A DNA stretch of 64,000 nt from an uncultured Bifidobacteriaceae bacterium. Its GTDB lineage: Bacteria; Acidobacteriota; Vicinamibacteria; Vicinamibacterales; UBA2999. The stretch covers positions 694 through 64,693 of the forward strand of contig CAYJPQ010000012.1 of the NCBI GenBank assembly GCA_964372085.1, in the 5' to 3' direction. Shown in pieces: positions 44,262 to 53,314 of the stretch; the stretch's first letter is position 1, and each line of letters opens with the position of its first letter. Below the pieces are notes generated by a model that saw only the letters and a program-made list of their open reading frames with translations, ran no database searches and had not been told where the DNA came from. The position numbers and the translations under genes were made by a program.

Positions 44262-45644
44262 TCAAGCAAGGAGCATGTCGAGGGCCTCGCCCACCGAGGC
44301 CACCCCGACCAGTTCGGCCCTGCCCACTTCTTCGCCACCCGCATCCACGTTGGACCGGGGCAGGACGATGCGGGTGAAGCCCATTTGCTCGGCCTCGCGA
44401 ATCCGGAGGTTGGCCTGGGAGACGCCGCGCACTTCCCCGCCGAGGCCCACCTCCCCAAACACCGCGGTGCCGGTGAGGATGGGGCGGTTGCGCAGGCTCG
44501 AGGCGACCGCGGCGACGATGGCCAGGTCCACGGCCGGCTCGTCGATGCTCATGCCGCCGGCAATGTTCACGAACACGTCGTCGGTCACCAGGTGCAGGCC
44601 GGCGCGCTTCTCGAGCACGGCCAGCAGCAGCGACACCCGGTTCTGATCGAGGCCGACGGCCATCCGCCGCGACGTGCCGTAGCTGCTGGTGCTCACGAGC
44701 GCCTGCACCTCCACCAGCAAGGGCCGCGAGCCCTCGAGACAGCACAGCACGGCCGACCCGGGCGTGGCCACCGGGCGCTCGGCCAGGAACATGGCCGACG
44801 GGTTGGGCACCTGCTTCAGGCCGCCGCCGGTCATCTCGAAGACGCCCAGCTCGCTGATGGCGCCAAACCGGTTCTTCACCGCGCGCACCACGCGGTGCGA
44901 GTGGTGCCGCTCGCCCTCGAAGTAGAGGACGGTATCCACCACGTGCTCCAGGGCCTTCGGGCCGGCGAGGCTGCCGTCCTTGGTGACGTGGCCCACCAGG
45001 AACGTGGGCAGGTTGTGGCCCTTGGCGGTGAACAGGAACTGCGTGGCGGCCTCGCGCACCTGGCCGATGCTGCCCGGCGCCGACTGGAACTTCAGCGAGA
45101 AGACCGTCTGCACCGAATCCACCACCAGCAGCGCGGGCTTCACGCGCCCAATCTCTTCGAGGATGCGCTCGATGCAGGTTTCGGCCAGCAGGTACAGCGG
45201 GGCATCGCCCACGCCGAGCCGGTCGCCGCGCGACTTGATCTGGTGCTCCGACTCCTCGCCCGAGGCGTAGAGCACGGGGCCGATGGTGTGGGCGAAGTTG
45301 GCGGCGGCCTGCAGCAGCAGCGTGGACTTGCCGATGCCGGGTTCGCCGCCGAGGAGCACCAGCGAGCCGGGCACGATGCCGCCGCCGAGCACGCGGTCGA
45401 ACTCGCCGATGCCGGTGCTCAGCCGATCCGCATCCGACGCCTCAATCTCCGCGTACTTCCTGGCGCCCCTGGCCGCGGTTCCCGGCATGGCGTAGCGATG
45501 CGCCACGAGCCCGCCCTCGGCGGGGCCGACCGCGCGTTCCTCGACAAACGAATTGAACGCGCCGCAGTCGTGGCACTTCCCCTGCCACTTCGGCTGCTGC
45601 GAGCCGCATTCCTGGCACACGAACACCGGCTTCGCCTGCTTCAT
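44262..45644 (-). CDS. radA: DNA repair protein RadA/Sms
   Basis: 460 aa; N-terminal zinc finger CQECGSQQPKWQGKCHDCG, Walker A GGEPGIGKST, KNRFG motif, Lon-like C-terminus. Confidence 0.95.
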   Translation of the reverse strand: MKQAKPVFVCQECGSQQPKWQGKCHDCGAFNSFVEERAVGPAEGGLVAHRYAMPGTAARGARKYAEIEASDADRLSTGIGEFDRVLGGGIVPGSLVLLGGEPGIGKSTLLLQAAANFAHTIGPVLYASGEESEHQIKSRGDRLGVGDAPLYLLAETCIERILEEIGRVKPALLVVDSVQTVFSLKFQSAPGSIGQVREAATQFLFTAKGHNLPTFLVGHVTKDGSLAGPKALEHVVDTVLYFEGERHHSHRVVRAVKNRFGAISELGVFEMTGGGLKQVPNPSAMFLAERPVATPGSAVLCCLEGSRPLLVEVQALVSTSSYGTSRRMAVGLDQNRVSLLLAVLEKRAGLHLVTDDVFVNIAGGMSIDEPAVDLAIVAAVASSLRNRPILTGTAVFGEVGLGGEVRGVSQANLRIREAEQMGFTRIVLPRSNVDAGGEEVGRAELVGVASVGEALDMLLA

Positions 45645-45658
45645 CGCTCAGCCCCAAT

Positions 45659-45820
45659 CACGTACGGGCCACAGAGACACAGAGGCACAGAGAAAATCCA
45701 ATCCTTCAAAACGCAACCACGAAGATCACGAAGGGCACGAAGAAACACACGGTTCATTCTCTCATCGTCCGCCAACCAAATGTCCTCTCTGTGTCTCTGT
45801 GTCTCTGTGGCCCGTACGTG
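45659..45820. repeat. 34-bp inverted repeat made of CACAGAGR octamers flanking a 94-nt loop that carries copy 3 of the CACGAAG repeat (45715-45746)
   Basis: Arms: 45659-45692 CACGTACGGGCCACAGAGACACAGAGGCACAGAG vs 45787-45820 (1 mismatch). Confidence 0.9.
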
Positions 45821-45828
45821 GTCAAGGA

Positions 45829-46989
45829 TCAATCGTAGCGTCTCTCGACTCTTGCGCCGAGGCGGCAGAGGATCTCGTAGGGGATGGTGCCGATCCAGGC
45901 GGCCATCTCGCGGGCGTCGATGGTTTGCTCGGGGCCGGGGCCCTGGGAGCCGAGGAATACCACCTCGTCACCGGGCCCGACGCCGTCGATGTCAGTGACG
46001 TCGATGGTGAGCATGTCCATGCTGACCGCGCCCACGATGGGCGCGCGGCGGCCGCGCACGAGCGCGTGGCCCCGGCCCTCGAGCCGCCGGTCGAGGCCAT
46101 CGGCATAGCCGGCTGGCACCACGGCCAGGGTGGTGGCCCGCTCGGCCCGGTAGCGCCCGCCGTAGCCGACCGCCTCGCCCACGCGCACCCCCTTCGCCGC
46201 CACGACCCGGCTCGTGAGCGACATCACGGGCCTCAGCGCCAATGTCGACCCGAGGGGCGGCGGCACCAGGCCGTACAACAGCAGGCCGGGCCGCACCAGG
46301 TCGTACCACACGCGCGAATCACGCAGCAGCGCGGCCGAGTTGGCCGCATGCCGCAAGCGCGGGCCGCCGCCGAGCTCGTCCACCGCTCGGCAGGCGGCCT
46401 CGAACCGCGCGCGCTGCTCGTCGAAGAGGGCGTGCCCCGGTTCGTCGGCGGTGCCAAAGTGCGTGTGCACGGCGTCGAGCACCAGGTTCGGGCTGGCCAG
46501 CAGCTCCGGCAGCGTCCGCGCCAGGTTGTCGTGGCGAAACCCGAGCCGGTTCATGCCGGTGTCGATCTTCAGATGGTAATGGAGCAACACGCCGCGCGCA
46601 GCGGCGGCCTGCTGCAGCGCACGGCCCGCGGCGGGGCTGGAGATGGTGGCGGTGAGGCGCGAGGCGAACACGCCCCCGACGTCGCTCACGCTGAGGGCGC
46701 CGAACACCAGGATGGGCACGTGGACGCCGGAGTCACGCAGGTCGACGCCCTCTTCGATGTCGGCCACCGCCAGCATCGAGGCCCCCGCCCGCTCGAGCGC
46801 GCGGGCCACGCGCCGCGCGCCGTGCCCGTAGGCGTTGGCCTTCACCACGGCGATGATGGCGGGCGGCAGCGCCGGGCCGCGGCCGGCCGCGCGGTTGAGG
46901 CGCACCTCCTCCGCCAGGTAGGCGGCGATCGCGAGGTAGTTGGCCTCGAGGGCCGCCAGGTCGACGTGCGCGGTGGTGCAGCGGGTCAC
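45829..46989 (-). CDS. alr: Alanine racemase
   Basis: 386 aa, PLP site AVVKANAYGHG, conserved C-terminal domain. Confidence 0.92.
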   Translation of the reverse strand: MTRCTTAHVDLAALEANYLAIAAYLAEEVRLNRAAGRGPALPPAIIAVVKANAYGHGARRVARALERAGASMLAVADIEEGVDLRDSGVHVPILVFGALSVSDVGGVFASRLTATISSPAAGRALQQAAAARGVLLHYHLKIDTGMNRLGFRHDNLARTLPELLASPNLVLDAVHTHFGTADEPGHALFDEQRARFEAACRAVDELGGGPRLRHAANSAALLRDSRVWYDLVRPGLLLYGLVPPPLGSTLALRPVMSLTSRVVAAKGVRVGEAVGYGGRYRAERATTLAVVPAGYADGLDRRLEGRGHALVRGRRAPIVGAVSMDMLTIDVTDIDGVGPGDEVVFLGSQGPGPEQTIDAREMAAWIGTIPYEILCRLGARVERRYD

Positions 46990-47013
46990 GCCGGCAGGCC
47001 CGCCCCCGGCGCC

Positions 47014-47040
47014 TGCGTCATCTGTGTCATCTGCGGCCTA
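47014..47040. repeat. 9-mer x3 (TGCGTCATC TGTGTCATC TGCGGCCTA)
   Basis: Read directly; the last unit carries the complement of the dnaB stop codon. Confidence 0.6.
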
Positions 47041-48405
47041 TTCGCCGGGCGCGTACCCGGGGCCGGCGTAGTTGCCAAACCGCGTCTGCTCGCGCAGGAA
47101 GGTCAGCTTCACTGTGCCGGTGGGGCCGTTGCGCTGCTTGGCGATGATGATCTCGGCCACGCCGTCCGAGTCGGCGGGCTGGTCGTCGGTCTTGTACATC
47201 TCCTCGCGGAAGATCAGCATCACCACGTCGGCGTCCTGCTCGAGGGCGCCCGACTCGCGCAGGTCCGACAGCATGGGCCGCCTGTCGGACCGCGCCTCGG
47301 GCGCGCGCGACAGCTGCGACAGCACGACGATGGGCACGCCCAGCTCCTTGGCGAGCCCCTTCAGCGACCGCGAGATGGACGCCAGTTCGAGGGTGCGGTT
47401 CTCGAAGCGTCCGCGCCCGGTCATCAACTGGATGTAGTCGATGGCCAGCAGGCTCAGCCCGTGCTCGGCCTTGAGGCGCCGCGCCTTGGCGCGCATCTCC
47501 ATCACGCCGATGCCGGCCGTGTCGTCCACGAACAGCCGCGCCTCGCTCAGCGACTCGAGCGCGTGCGTAATCAGGCCGTACTCTTTCTGGCCGATCTGGC
47601 CGCTCATCAGGCGGAACATGTCGATCTGCGCCTCGGTGGCGAGCATGCGCATGAACAGCGACTCCTTCGACATTTCCAGGCTGAAGAAGCCGGCCACGCC
47701 ACCGTGCGTGGCCACGAACTGGCACATGTTCAGCACGAGGCTGGTCTTGCCCATCGAGGGGCGCGCCGCGACGATCACCAGGTCGCCCGGCTGCAGGCCG
47801 CGCGTCTTGCGGTCGATGTCGTGGAAGCCGGTGGGCACGCCCGTGACGAACGTCTTGTGCTCGAAGAGCTTCTCGATCTTCGGGAAGCTTTCCTTCACGA
47901 GATCGCTCATCGAGATGAAGCCCTGCTTCACGCGGTCTTCGGCCACGGCGAAGATGGCGCTCTCGGCGTCGTCCAGGATGAGGTCGGCTTCCTGGTCGGC
48001 CTCGTAGGCGTTGCCCAGGATCTTGTTGGCCGAGAAGATCAGCGCGCGCAGCGTGGCCTTTTCCTTGACGATCTGCGCGTAGTACTCGACGTTGGTGGAC
48101 CGCGGCACGCCGTCGACGAGCGAGGCGATGTAGGCGGGGCCGCCCACCTCGTCAAGCTCGCCCGCGCGCTCGAGCTCTTCCTTGAGCGTGACGAGGTCGA
48201 TGGGCTGGCTGCGCTCCGACAGCTCCGACATGCGGTCGAAGATGCGGCGGTGCGCGTCGCGGAAGAAGGCGTTGGACGTCAGCATCGCGGCCGCGATGTT
48301 GAACGTGTCGTTGTCGATCAGGATGGCGCCCAGCACCGACCGCTCCGCCTCGAGGTTGTGCGGAAGGGTGCGCTGGGCGCCAGCAGGGCTGGCCGTGTCG
48401 GCCAT
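47038..48405 (-). CDS. dnaB: Replicative DNA helicase DnaB
   Basis: 455 aa, PHNLEAERSVLGAIL N-terminus, Walker A ARPSMGKTS; no intein. Confidence 0.95.
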   Translation of the reverse strand: MADTASPAGAQRTLPHNLEAERSVLGAILIDNDTFNIAAAMLTSNAFFRDAHRRIFDRMSELSERSQPIDLVTLKEELERAGELDEVGGPAYIASLVDGVPRSTNVEYYAQIVKEKATLRALIFSANKILGNAYEADQEADLILDDAESAIFAVAEDRVKQGFISMSDLVKESFPKIEKLFEHKTFVTGVPTGFHDIDRKTRGLQPGDLVIVAARPSMGKTSLVLNMCQFVATHGGVAGFFSLEMSKESLFMRMLATEAQIDMFRLMSGQIGQKEYGLITHALESLSEARLFVDDTAGIGVMEMRAKARRLKAEHGLSLLAIDYIQLMTGRGRFENRTLELASISRSLKGLAKELGVPIVVLSQLSRAPEARSDRRPMLSDLRESGALEQDADVVMLIFREEMYKTDDQPADSDGVAEIIIAKQRNGPTGTVKLTFLREQTRFGNYAGPGYAPGE

Positions 48406-48415
48406 GACAGGCCTC

Positions 48416-48862
48416 TTACGCTTCCTTGACGATCGTCACCTTGAGCTGCGCCGTCACGTCTCGGTGCAGCTTCACGGGCACCAGCGCCTCGCCGATGGCG
48501 CGCAGCGGATCGGGCAGCAGGATCTTGCGGCGATCCACGTCGAAGCCCTTCTCCTTGAGGAGATCCGCGATGTCGGCGTTGGTCACCGACCCGTAGAGAG
48601 TGTCGTTGTCGCCCACCTTGCGGGCGATGGTGAGGTCGAGCGCCACCAGCCGGTCGGCCAGGGCCTCGGCGGCCCCGCGCTCTTCACCCTCGCGCGCCTC
48701 GGCGATCTTCCGCTCGCGCGAGATCCACTGCTTGTTGGCGTCGGTGGCCGGCAGGGCCAGCTTTTTCGGCAGCAGGTAGTTGCGGGCGTAGCCATCGGCG
48801 ACCTTGACGACGTCGCCGCGCTTGCCCACGTGGTCCACGTGGTCCCGGAGAATGACTTCCAT
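48416..48862 (-). CDS. rplI: 50S ribosomal protein L9
   Basis: 148 aa, MEVILRDHVDHVGKRGDVVKVADGYARNYLLPKKLA. Confidence 0.93.
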   Translation of the reverse strand: MEVILRDHVDHVGKRGDVVKVADGYARNYLLPKKLALPATDANKQWISRERKIAEAREGEERGAAEALADRLVALDLTIARKVGDNDTLYGSVTNADIADLLKEKGFDVDRRKILLPDPLRAIGEALVPVKLHRDVTAQLKVTIVKEA

Positions 48863-48878
48863 GATTCGCGTGCTCCCC

Positions 48879-49190
48879 TTAATCCGATGCGTAGGGCAGC
48901 AGCGCCAGCTGGCGCGCCCGCACGATGGCGACGCGCAGCCCGCGCTGGTGCTTGGCGCAGGTGCCCGAGATGCGGCGCGGCAACACCTTGCCGCGCTCGG
49001 GAACGAAGCCGCTCAGCAGCTTGACGTCCTTGTAGTTGATGTCGTCGATCTTGTCTGCGCAGAACTTGCAGACCTTCCGACGCCGGAAGAAGCCGCCGCC
49101 GCGGCGCTGGCCGCCGGCCTTGTCGCCGGCCTTTGCATCCTTGCCGCGCGCCCCACCCGGGCCGCCACGCTTCGGTCCACCAAATGCCAT
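48879..49190 (-). CDS. rpsR: 30S ribosomal protein S18 (Gly/Arg/Lys-rich N-terminal extension)
   Basis: 103 aa, core [61 protein letters not shown]. Confidence 0.93.
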   Translation of the reverse strand: MAFGGPKRGGPGGARGKDAKAGDKAGGQRRGGGFFRRRKVCKFCADKIDDINYKDVKLLSGFVPERGKVLPRRISGTCAKHQRGLRVAIVRARQLALLPYASD

Positions 49191-49192
49191 GA

Positions 49193-49651
49193 CTAACCCT
49201 CCACCTCGGCGCCGTCATACATGAGGTCGCCGGAATCGTCGTTGTCTTCACCCTGTGGACCCTCGCCAGGCTGCCGGTCGGGCGGCAGGCCGCGCGCGAT
49301 GCGGCGGCGGCGCGATTCTTCCACCCGCTTGGTGCGGGCGCGCTCGGCCTTGATCGTCGACTCGTCGACGCGGACGATCAGGTGACGCAGCAGGCCCTCG
49401 GTGACCTTGAGGCGTCGGTCGATTTCCTTCATCAACTCGGCCGAGCCCAGGATCACCTCGAGGACGTAGAAGCCTTCCTTGTGATGGCCGATCTCGTAGG
49501 CCAGCTTGCGCCGGCCCCAGGTGTCGGTCTTCTCGATGGTGCCGCCCAGCCGGGCCGCGATGTCGGCCACCTGCTGGTGCAGATCGGCCACCTCCTGCTC
49601 GGGGGCGTCCGGCTTGAGGACGTAGATCAGTTCGTACGTGCGCTGACTCAT
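49193..49651 (-). CDS. rpsF: 30S ribosomal protein S6 (acidic C-terminal tail)
   Basis: 152 aa, [15 protein letters not shown]...[10 protein letters not shown]. Only 2 nt separate it from rpsR (no ssb or priB between them). Confidence 0.93.
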   Translation of the reverse strand: MSQRTYELIYVLKPDAPEQEVADLHQQVADIAARLGGTIEKTDTWGRRKLAYEIGHHKEGFYVLEVILGSAELMKEIDRRLKVTEGLLRHLIVRVDESTIKAERARTKRVEESRRRRIARGLPPDRQPGEGPQGEDNDDSGDLMYDGAEVEG

Positions 49652-49752
49652 TCACTATCTCCTTGTGGACACGCCTTCGCGCTTGCGCGCTTCGGCGGTG
49701 CAAGCACCGCCAGCGATGGCCACCATGGTGGCAAGGAGAACCGGCCCGCGAC

Positions 49753-50343
49753 CTATTCCGCGGGATCCGGGTCTTGCGTATCCGCTGCGTTGAACGCGTT
49801 CATCACGCGCTCGATGCCGTCCCGGAGAAACGTCTCCGCGGCATCGGCGGCCCGCAGCACGGCCGCCGAAACTGTGTCGCGCTCGCCGGCCTCGAACCGG
49901 CCGAGCACGTGATCCGCCAGGTCGCGGCGCTGGTCGCCGCGCCCCACGCCGACCCGGAGCCGCGGGAACGCCTGCGTCCCCAGCTGCTCGATCAGCGACT
50001 TCAACCCGTTGTGGCCGCCGGCCCCGCCGTCGCGCCGCGCCCGCAACCGCCCCAGCGGCAACGCCACGTCGTCGGCCACCACCAGCACGTCGGCGGGCTC
50101 CACCTTGTAGAAGCCCGCGAGGGCCGCCACCGCCTGCCCGCTCAGGTTCATGAAGGTGAGCGGCTTCACCAGCAGCACCGCCTCGCCCTCGACCCTGGCC
50201 TTCGCCGCCAGCGCGCCTGAGTGCTCGCGCCAGCTGTCGACGCCCCACCGGCGGGCCAGCTCGTCGGCTACCAGGAAGCCGATGTTGTGCCGCGTCTCGC
50301 GGTACTCGGGCCCGGGGTTGCCAAGCCCTGCGATCAGCTTCAT
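49753..50343 (-). CDS. pth: Peptidyl-tRNA hydrolase
   Basis: 196 aa, MKLIAGLGNPGPEYRETRHNIGF. Confidence 0.93.
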   Translation of the reverse strand: MKLIAGLGNPGPEYRETRHNIGFLVADELARRWGVDSWREHSGALAAKARVEGEAVLLVKPLTFMNLSGQAVAALAGFYKVEPADVLVVADDVALPLGRLRARRDGGAGGHNGLKSLIEQLGTQAFPRLRVGVGRGDQRRDLADHVLGRFEAGERDTVSAAVLRAADAAETFLRDGIERVMNAFNAADTQDPDPAE

Positions 50344-50347
50344 GCGG

Positions 50348-50375
50348 TTCCCGGCTCCCGACTCCCGGCTCCCGG
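50348..50375. repeat. Heptamer x4 (TTCCCGG CTCCCGA CTCCCGG CTCCCGG) filling the rplY-pth spacer
   Basis: Read directly. On the transcribed (minus) strand the units read CCGGGAG, i.e. repeated GGGAG Shine-Dalgarno-like cores upstream of the pth ATG. Confidence 0.85.
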
Positions 50376-50378
50376 CCG

Positions 50379-51083
50379 TTACTTCTTCTTCTCGTCGGCC
50401 TTCGCCTCGTCGGCCTTGCCCTTCTTGATGACCTCGGGCTCGGCCGCCGTGGCGCCCGCCGCCGGCGCGACAACCGCCGCGCCTTCAGCCGGCGTCACTT
50501 CCTCCACCACCTTCACGGTGATGATGTGGAGCAGCATCAGGTCGGGATCGCTCACGGGCGTCCAGGCGGCGTTGGCCGCCACGTCGCGCACGTGCACGGC
50601 ACCGCCGATGCCCAGGTCGGTGATGTCCACCTCGATGGCGTTCGGGATGTCGGAGGGCAGGCACTCGAGCTGGATCTCGCGATGCACGAAGTCGAGGATG
50701 CCGCCGTCCACCTTCACGCCGCGTGACTCGCCGCGAATCACCACCGGCACGGTGACGGTGAGCTTGCGGTCCATGTTCACGCGGTAGAAATCGGCGTGGA
50801 GTGGGAAGTTCGTGATCGGGTCGAGCTGCACGTTCTTCACGAGCACGCGCGAGTCGCCGCCGTCCTTCACCTTGAGTGTGATCAGGGTGTTGAACCCCGA
50901 GTCGGAGTGCAGGATGCGCAGGAACGGCTTGGGATCGACGGCCACCGCCTCGGGGGCCGGCGCGTCACCGGCCTTCTGCGCGCCGTACAGCACCGCCGGA
51001 ATCTGCCCCGCCGCGCGCAGCCGGCGCGCCGCGTTCTTGCCCCTCGTGTCCCGCTTGACGACTTCGAGCACTGCGTCCATCAC
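50379..51083 (-). CDS. rplY: 50S ribosomal protein L25 / general stress protein Ctc
   Basis: 234 aa, RGKNAARRLRAAGQIPAVLYG, two-domain Ctc form with a Lys/Ala-rich tail. Confidence 0.9.
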   Translation of the reverse strand: MMDAVLEVVKRDTRGKNAARRLRAAGQIPAVLYGAQKAGDAPAPEAVAVDPKPFLRILHSDSGFNTLITLKVKDGGDSRVLVKNVQLDPITNFPLHADFYRVNMDRKLTVTVPVVIRGESRGVKVDGGILDFVHREIQLECLPSDIPNAIEVDITDLGIGGAVHVRDVAANAAWTPVSDPDLMLLHIITVKVVEEVTPAEGAAVVAPAAGATAAEPEVIKKGKADEAKADEKKK

Positions 51084-51129
51084 TCACAACCTTCCTTCGG
51101 GCTTCGGCCTGCGCCTACACCCTTTCGAA

Positions 51130-51164
51130 CAATTCACAATTGAGAATTGACGATTGACAATTAG
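51130..51164. repeat. AT-rich heptamer x5 (CAATTCA CAATTGA GAATTGA CGATTGA CAATTAG)
   Basis: Read directly in the prs-rplY spacer; the last unit contains the complement of the prs stop (TAA). Confidence 0.85.
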
Positions 51165-52114
51165 ACAAACAACGATGATACCGACGTCTCTTCGTGGATG
51201 CTCCGGATGGCCTGGCCCAGCAGGCGGGCCACCGAGAGGACCACGATCTTCTGGCACTTCGACCGCTCGGCCGTGAGCGGGATGGTGTTGGTGATGATCA
51301 GCTTGTCGATGGGCGCCTTCTCGATGCGATCGACCGCCGGGCCCGACAGCACGCCATGCACGGCGCAGGCGAGCACGCGTTCGGCGCCGTTGTCCTTGAG
51401 CGCCTGGGCGGCCTTCTGGATGGTGCCGGCCGTGTCGATGATGTCGTCGGCAATCACGCAGGTCCGCCCGCGCACCTCGCCGATGACGTTCATCACCTCG
51501 GCGGTGCCGTCGTCGCTGCGCCGCTTGTCGATCACGGCCAGGTCGGCGTCGAGCCGCTTGCCGTAGGCGCGGGCGCGCTCGGCGCCGCCCGCGTCGGGCG
51601 CGACGATCGTCAGCTTGTCGTAGGCCTGGCGCGAGAGGTAGTCGATGAGCACCGGCGCGGCGAACAGGTGATCCACCGGCAGGTCGAAGAAGCCCTGGAT
51701 CTGCGCCTTGTGCAGATCCATCGTCAGCACGCGGTTCACGCCGGAGGCGGTCAGCACGTTGGCGACCAGCTTGGCGGAGATCGGGACACGCGGCTTGTCC
51801 TTGCGATCCTGGCGCGCGTAGCCGTAGTACGGAATGACCGCGGTGATGCGCGCCGCCGACGAACGGCGGAACGCGTCGACCATGATCATCAGCTCCATCA
51901 GGTGCGGATCGACCGGCGCGCACGTGGGCTGAATCACGAAGACATCGGTGCCGCGGATGTTCTCGTCGATCTGGAACGAAACTTCGGTGTCGGGAAACCG
52001 GCGCAGACGTGCTTGCCCGAGCTCCACCCCGAGGAACTCGGCAATCTCAGCCGCGAGCTGCGGGTGAGCGCTGCCAGAGAAGACTTTCAGTTCTCCGAAT
52101 CCGGTTGGTCTCAT
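51161..52114 (-). CDS. prs: Ribose-phosphate pyrophosphokinase
   Basis: 317 aa, LKVFSGSAHPQLA..., PRPP-binding loop CVIADDIIDTAGT. Confidence 0.95.
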   Translation of the reverse strand: MRPTGFGELKVFSGSAHPQLAAEIAEFLGVELGQARLRRFPDTEVSFQIDENIRGTDVFVIQPTCAPVDPHLMELMIMVDAFRRSSAARITAVIPYYGYARQDRKDKPRVPISAKLVANVLTASGVNRVLTMDLHKAQIQGFFDLPVDHLFAAPVLIDYLSRQAYDKLTIVAPDAGGAERARAYGKRLDADLAVIDKRRSDDGTAEVMNVIGEVRGRTCVIADDIIDTAGTIQKAAQALKDNGAERVLACAVHGVLSGPAVDRIEKAPIDKLIITNTIPLTAERSKCQKIVVLSVARLLGQAIRSIHEETSVSSLFV

Positions 52115-52123
52115 GATCTGAAC

Positions 52124-52198
52124 TGGTTGGGGCGGAAGGATTCGAACCTTCGAATACCGGCTCCAAAGGCCGGCGCCTTACCGCTTGGCCACGCCCCA
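52124..52198 (-). tRNA. tRNA-Gln (TTG), CCA encoded
   Basis: TGGGGCG acceptor stem, anticodon stem-loop CCGGC-CTTTGGA-GCCGG, GGTTCGAATCC T-loop. Confidence 0.9.
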
Positions 52199-52218
52199 AC
52201 ACCCCGGGGCAAACTCAT

Positions 52219-52248
52219 ATCGTATCCGAGTTTACGGGATTCGGGCAA
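52219..52248 (-). promoter_or_regulatory. Candidate promoter for tRNA-Gln/prs (-35 TTGCCC, 18-nt spacer, -10 TACGAT)
   Basis: Minus strand TTGCCC GAATCCCGTAAACTCGGA TACGAT, about 20 nt upstream of the tRNA 5' end. Same spacing as the other two candidates. Confidence 0.4.
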
Positions 52249-52301
52249 CCCGAACGGCAGGCCCCGGACGCGGCCTAACAGGCTGCTGATAAACGCAGCC
52301 C

Positions 52302-52385
52302 GAAGTGAGAAGTCAGAAGTGAAAGGTAAGAAGAAGTCTCGATTCCGGCCAAATTGCGCGCTTTTCACTTTTCACCTCTCACTTC
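52302..52385. repeat. Inverted blocks of GAAGTGA-type heptamers (left GAAGTGAGAAGTCAGAAGTGAAAGGTAAGAAGAAG, right CTTTTCACTTTTCACCTCTCACTTC)
   Basis: Read directly between ispE and tRNA-Gln. A separate hairpin AGGTTGCTG-GCTTTTT-CAGCAACCT follows at 52386-52410. Confidence 0.8.
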
Positions 52386-52411
52386 AGGTTGCTGGCTTTT
52401 TCAGCAACCTG

Positions 52412-53314
52412 CTAAATGACGCCGCGGAGCCGCCGCGCGTAGCGCCGGCGGTCGAGGGTATGCGTGCAGACGGCCGTCCAGCCCGGCCGGGCCAGGTCGT
52501 GGGCGGTCCGCCGGGCCGCCTCGACCCGCTCGAATACGCCGAAAACCGCCGATCCCGACCCCGACATGGCCGCCAGCACCGCCCCGGCATCAAGCAGCGA
52601 CTGGCGGATGCGGGCGATGGCCGGGTGATGCCGCACCACCGCTGGCTCGAGGTCGTTGCGGAGCGAGGCCGTCCACGCCGGCCACCCCGGGGGCGTCGGC
52701 TTCGGCGGGGGCAGGCGCCGGACACGCGGCTCGGTGTCGTACCAATGATAGGCCTCGGCGGTGGCCACGCCGAAGCCCGGCTGGAGGATGACCACGTGCA
52801 CGGTGGGCAGATCTTCGAGCGGGTAGATGTCGTCGCCGCGGCCAAGGCCGAGGGCCGTGCCGCCCACCAGGAAGAACGGCACGTCGGCGCCCAGACGCCC
52901 GCCGATGCGGCTGAGCGACGCCAGGTCGAGATCGAGGTCCCACAGGCGGTTGAGGGCAAGCAGCGTCATCGCGGCGTCGGCGCTGCCGCCGCCCAACCCC
53001 GCCTGCGCCGGGATGCGCTTGTGCAGGTGCACCGCCAGGTCGCGCGGCACGCCGCGGCGGCCCGCGCCGAGGCGCAGCAGGAGCGACGCGGCCTTCCACA
53101 CCAGGTTGCCATGGTCGGTGGGCACGCCGGGGGTGTCGCACGTGAGCGCGAAGGGCCCGCGCCGCCGCGTGACCGTGAGGCGATCGCACAGCGCCAGGGT
53201 CTGGAAGATCGTGCGGAGGTCGTGATACCCGTCGGCACGCTCGCCGAGGATGCGCAAGTCGAGGTTGATCTTCGCGAAGGCCGGGACCGTTATTGAAGGT
53301 GCCAGGGGTGCCAT
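52412..53314 (-). CDS. ispE: 4-diphosphocytidyl-2-C-methyl-D-erythritol kinase
   Basis: 300 aa, PAFAKINLDLRILG..., GHMP kinase motif IPAQAGLGGGSADAA. Confidence 0.9.
   Translation of the reverse strand: MAPLAPSITVPAFAKINLDLRILGERADGYHDLRTIFQTLALCDRLTVTRRRGPFALTCDTPGVPTDHGNLVWKAASLLLRLGAGRRGVPRDLAVHLHKRIPAQAGLGGGSADAAMTLLALNRLWDLDLDLASLSRIGGRLGADVPFFLVGGTALGLGRGDDIYPLEDLPTVHVVILQPGFGVATAEAYHWYDTEPRVRRLPPPKPTPPGWPAWTASLRNDLEPAVVRHHPAIARIRQSLLDAGAVLAAMSGSGSAVFGVFERVEAARRTAHDLARPGWTAVCTHTLDRRRYARRLRGVI

Noticed and set aside
45553-48429. 958-aa plus-strand ORF
   Set aside because: It is antisense to alr and dnaB and also runs through the repeat element at 45659-45820. It has no motifs.
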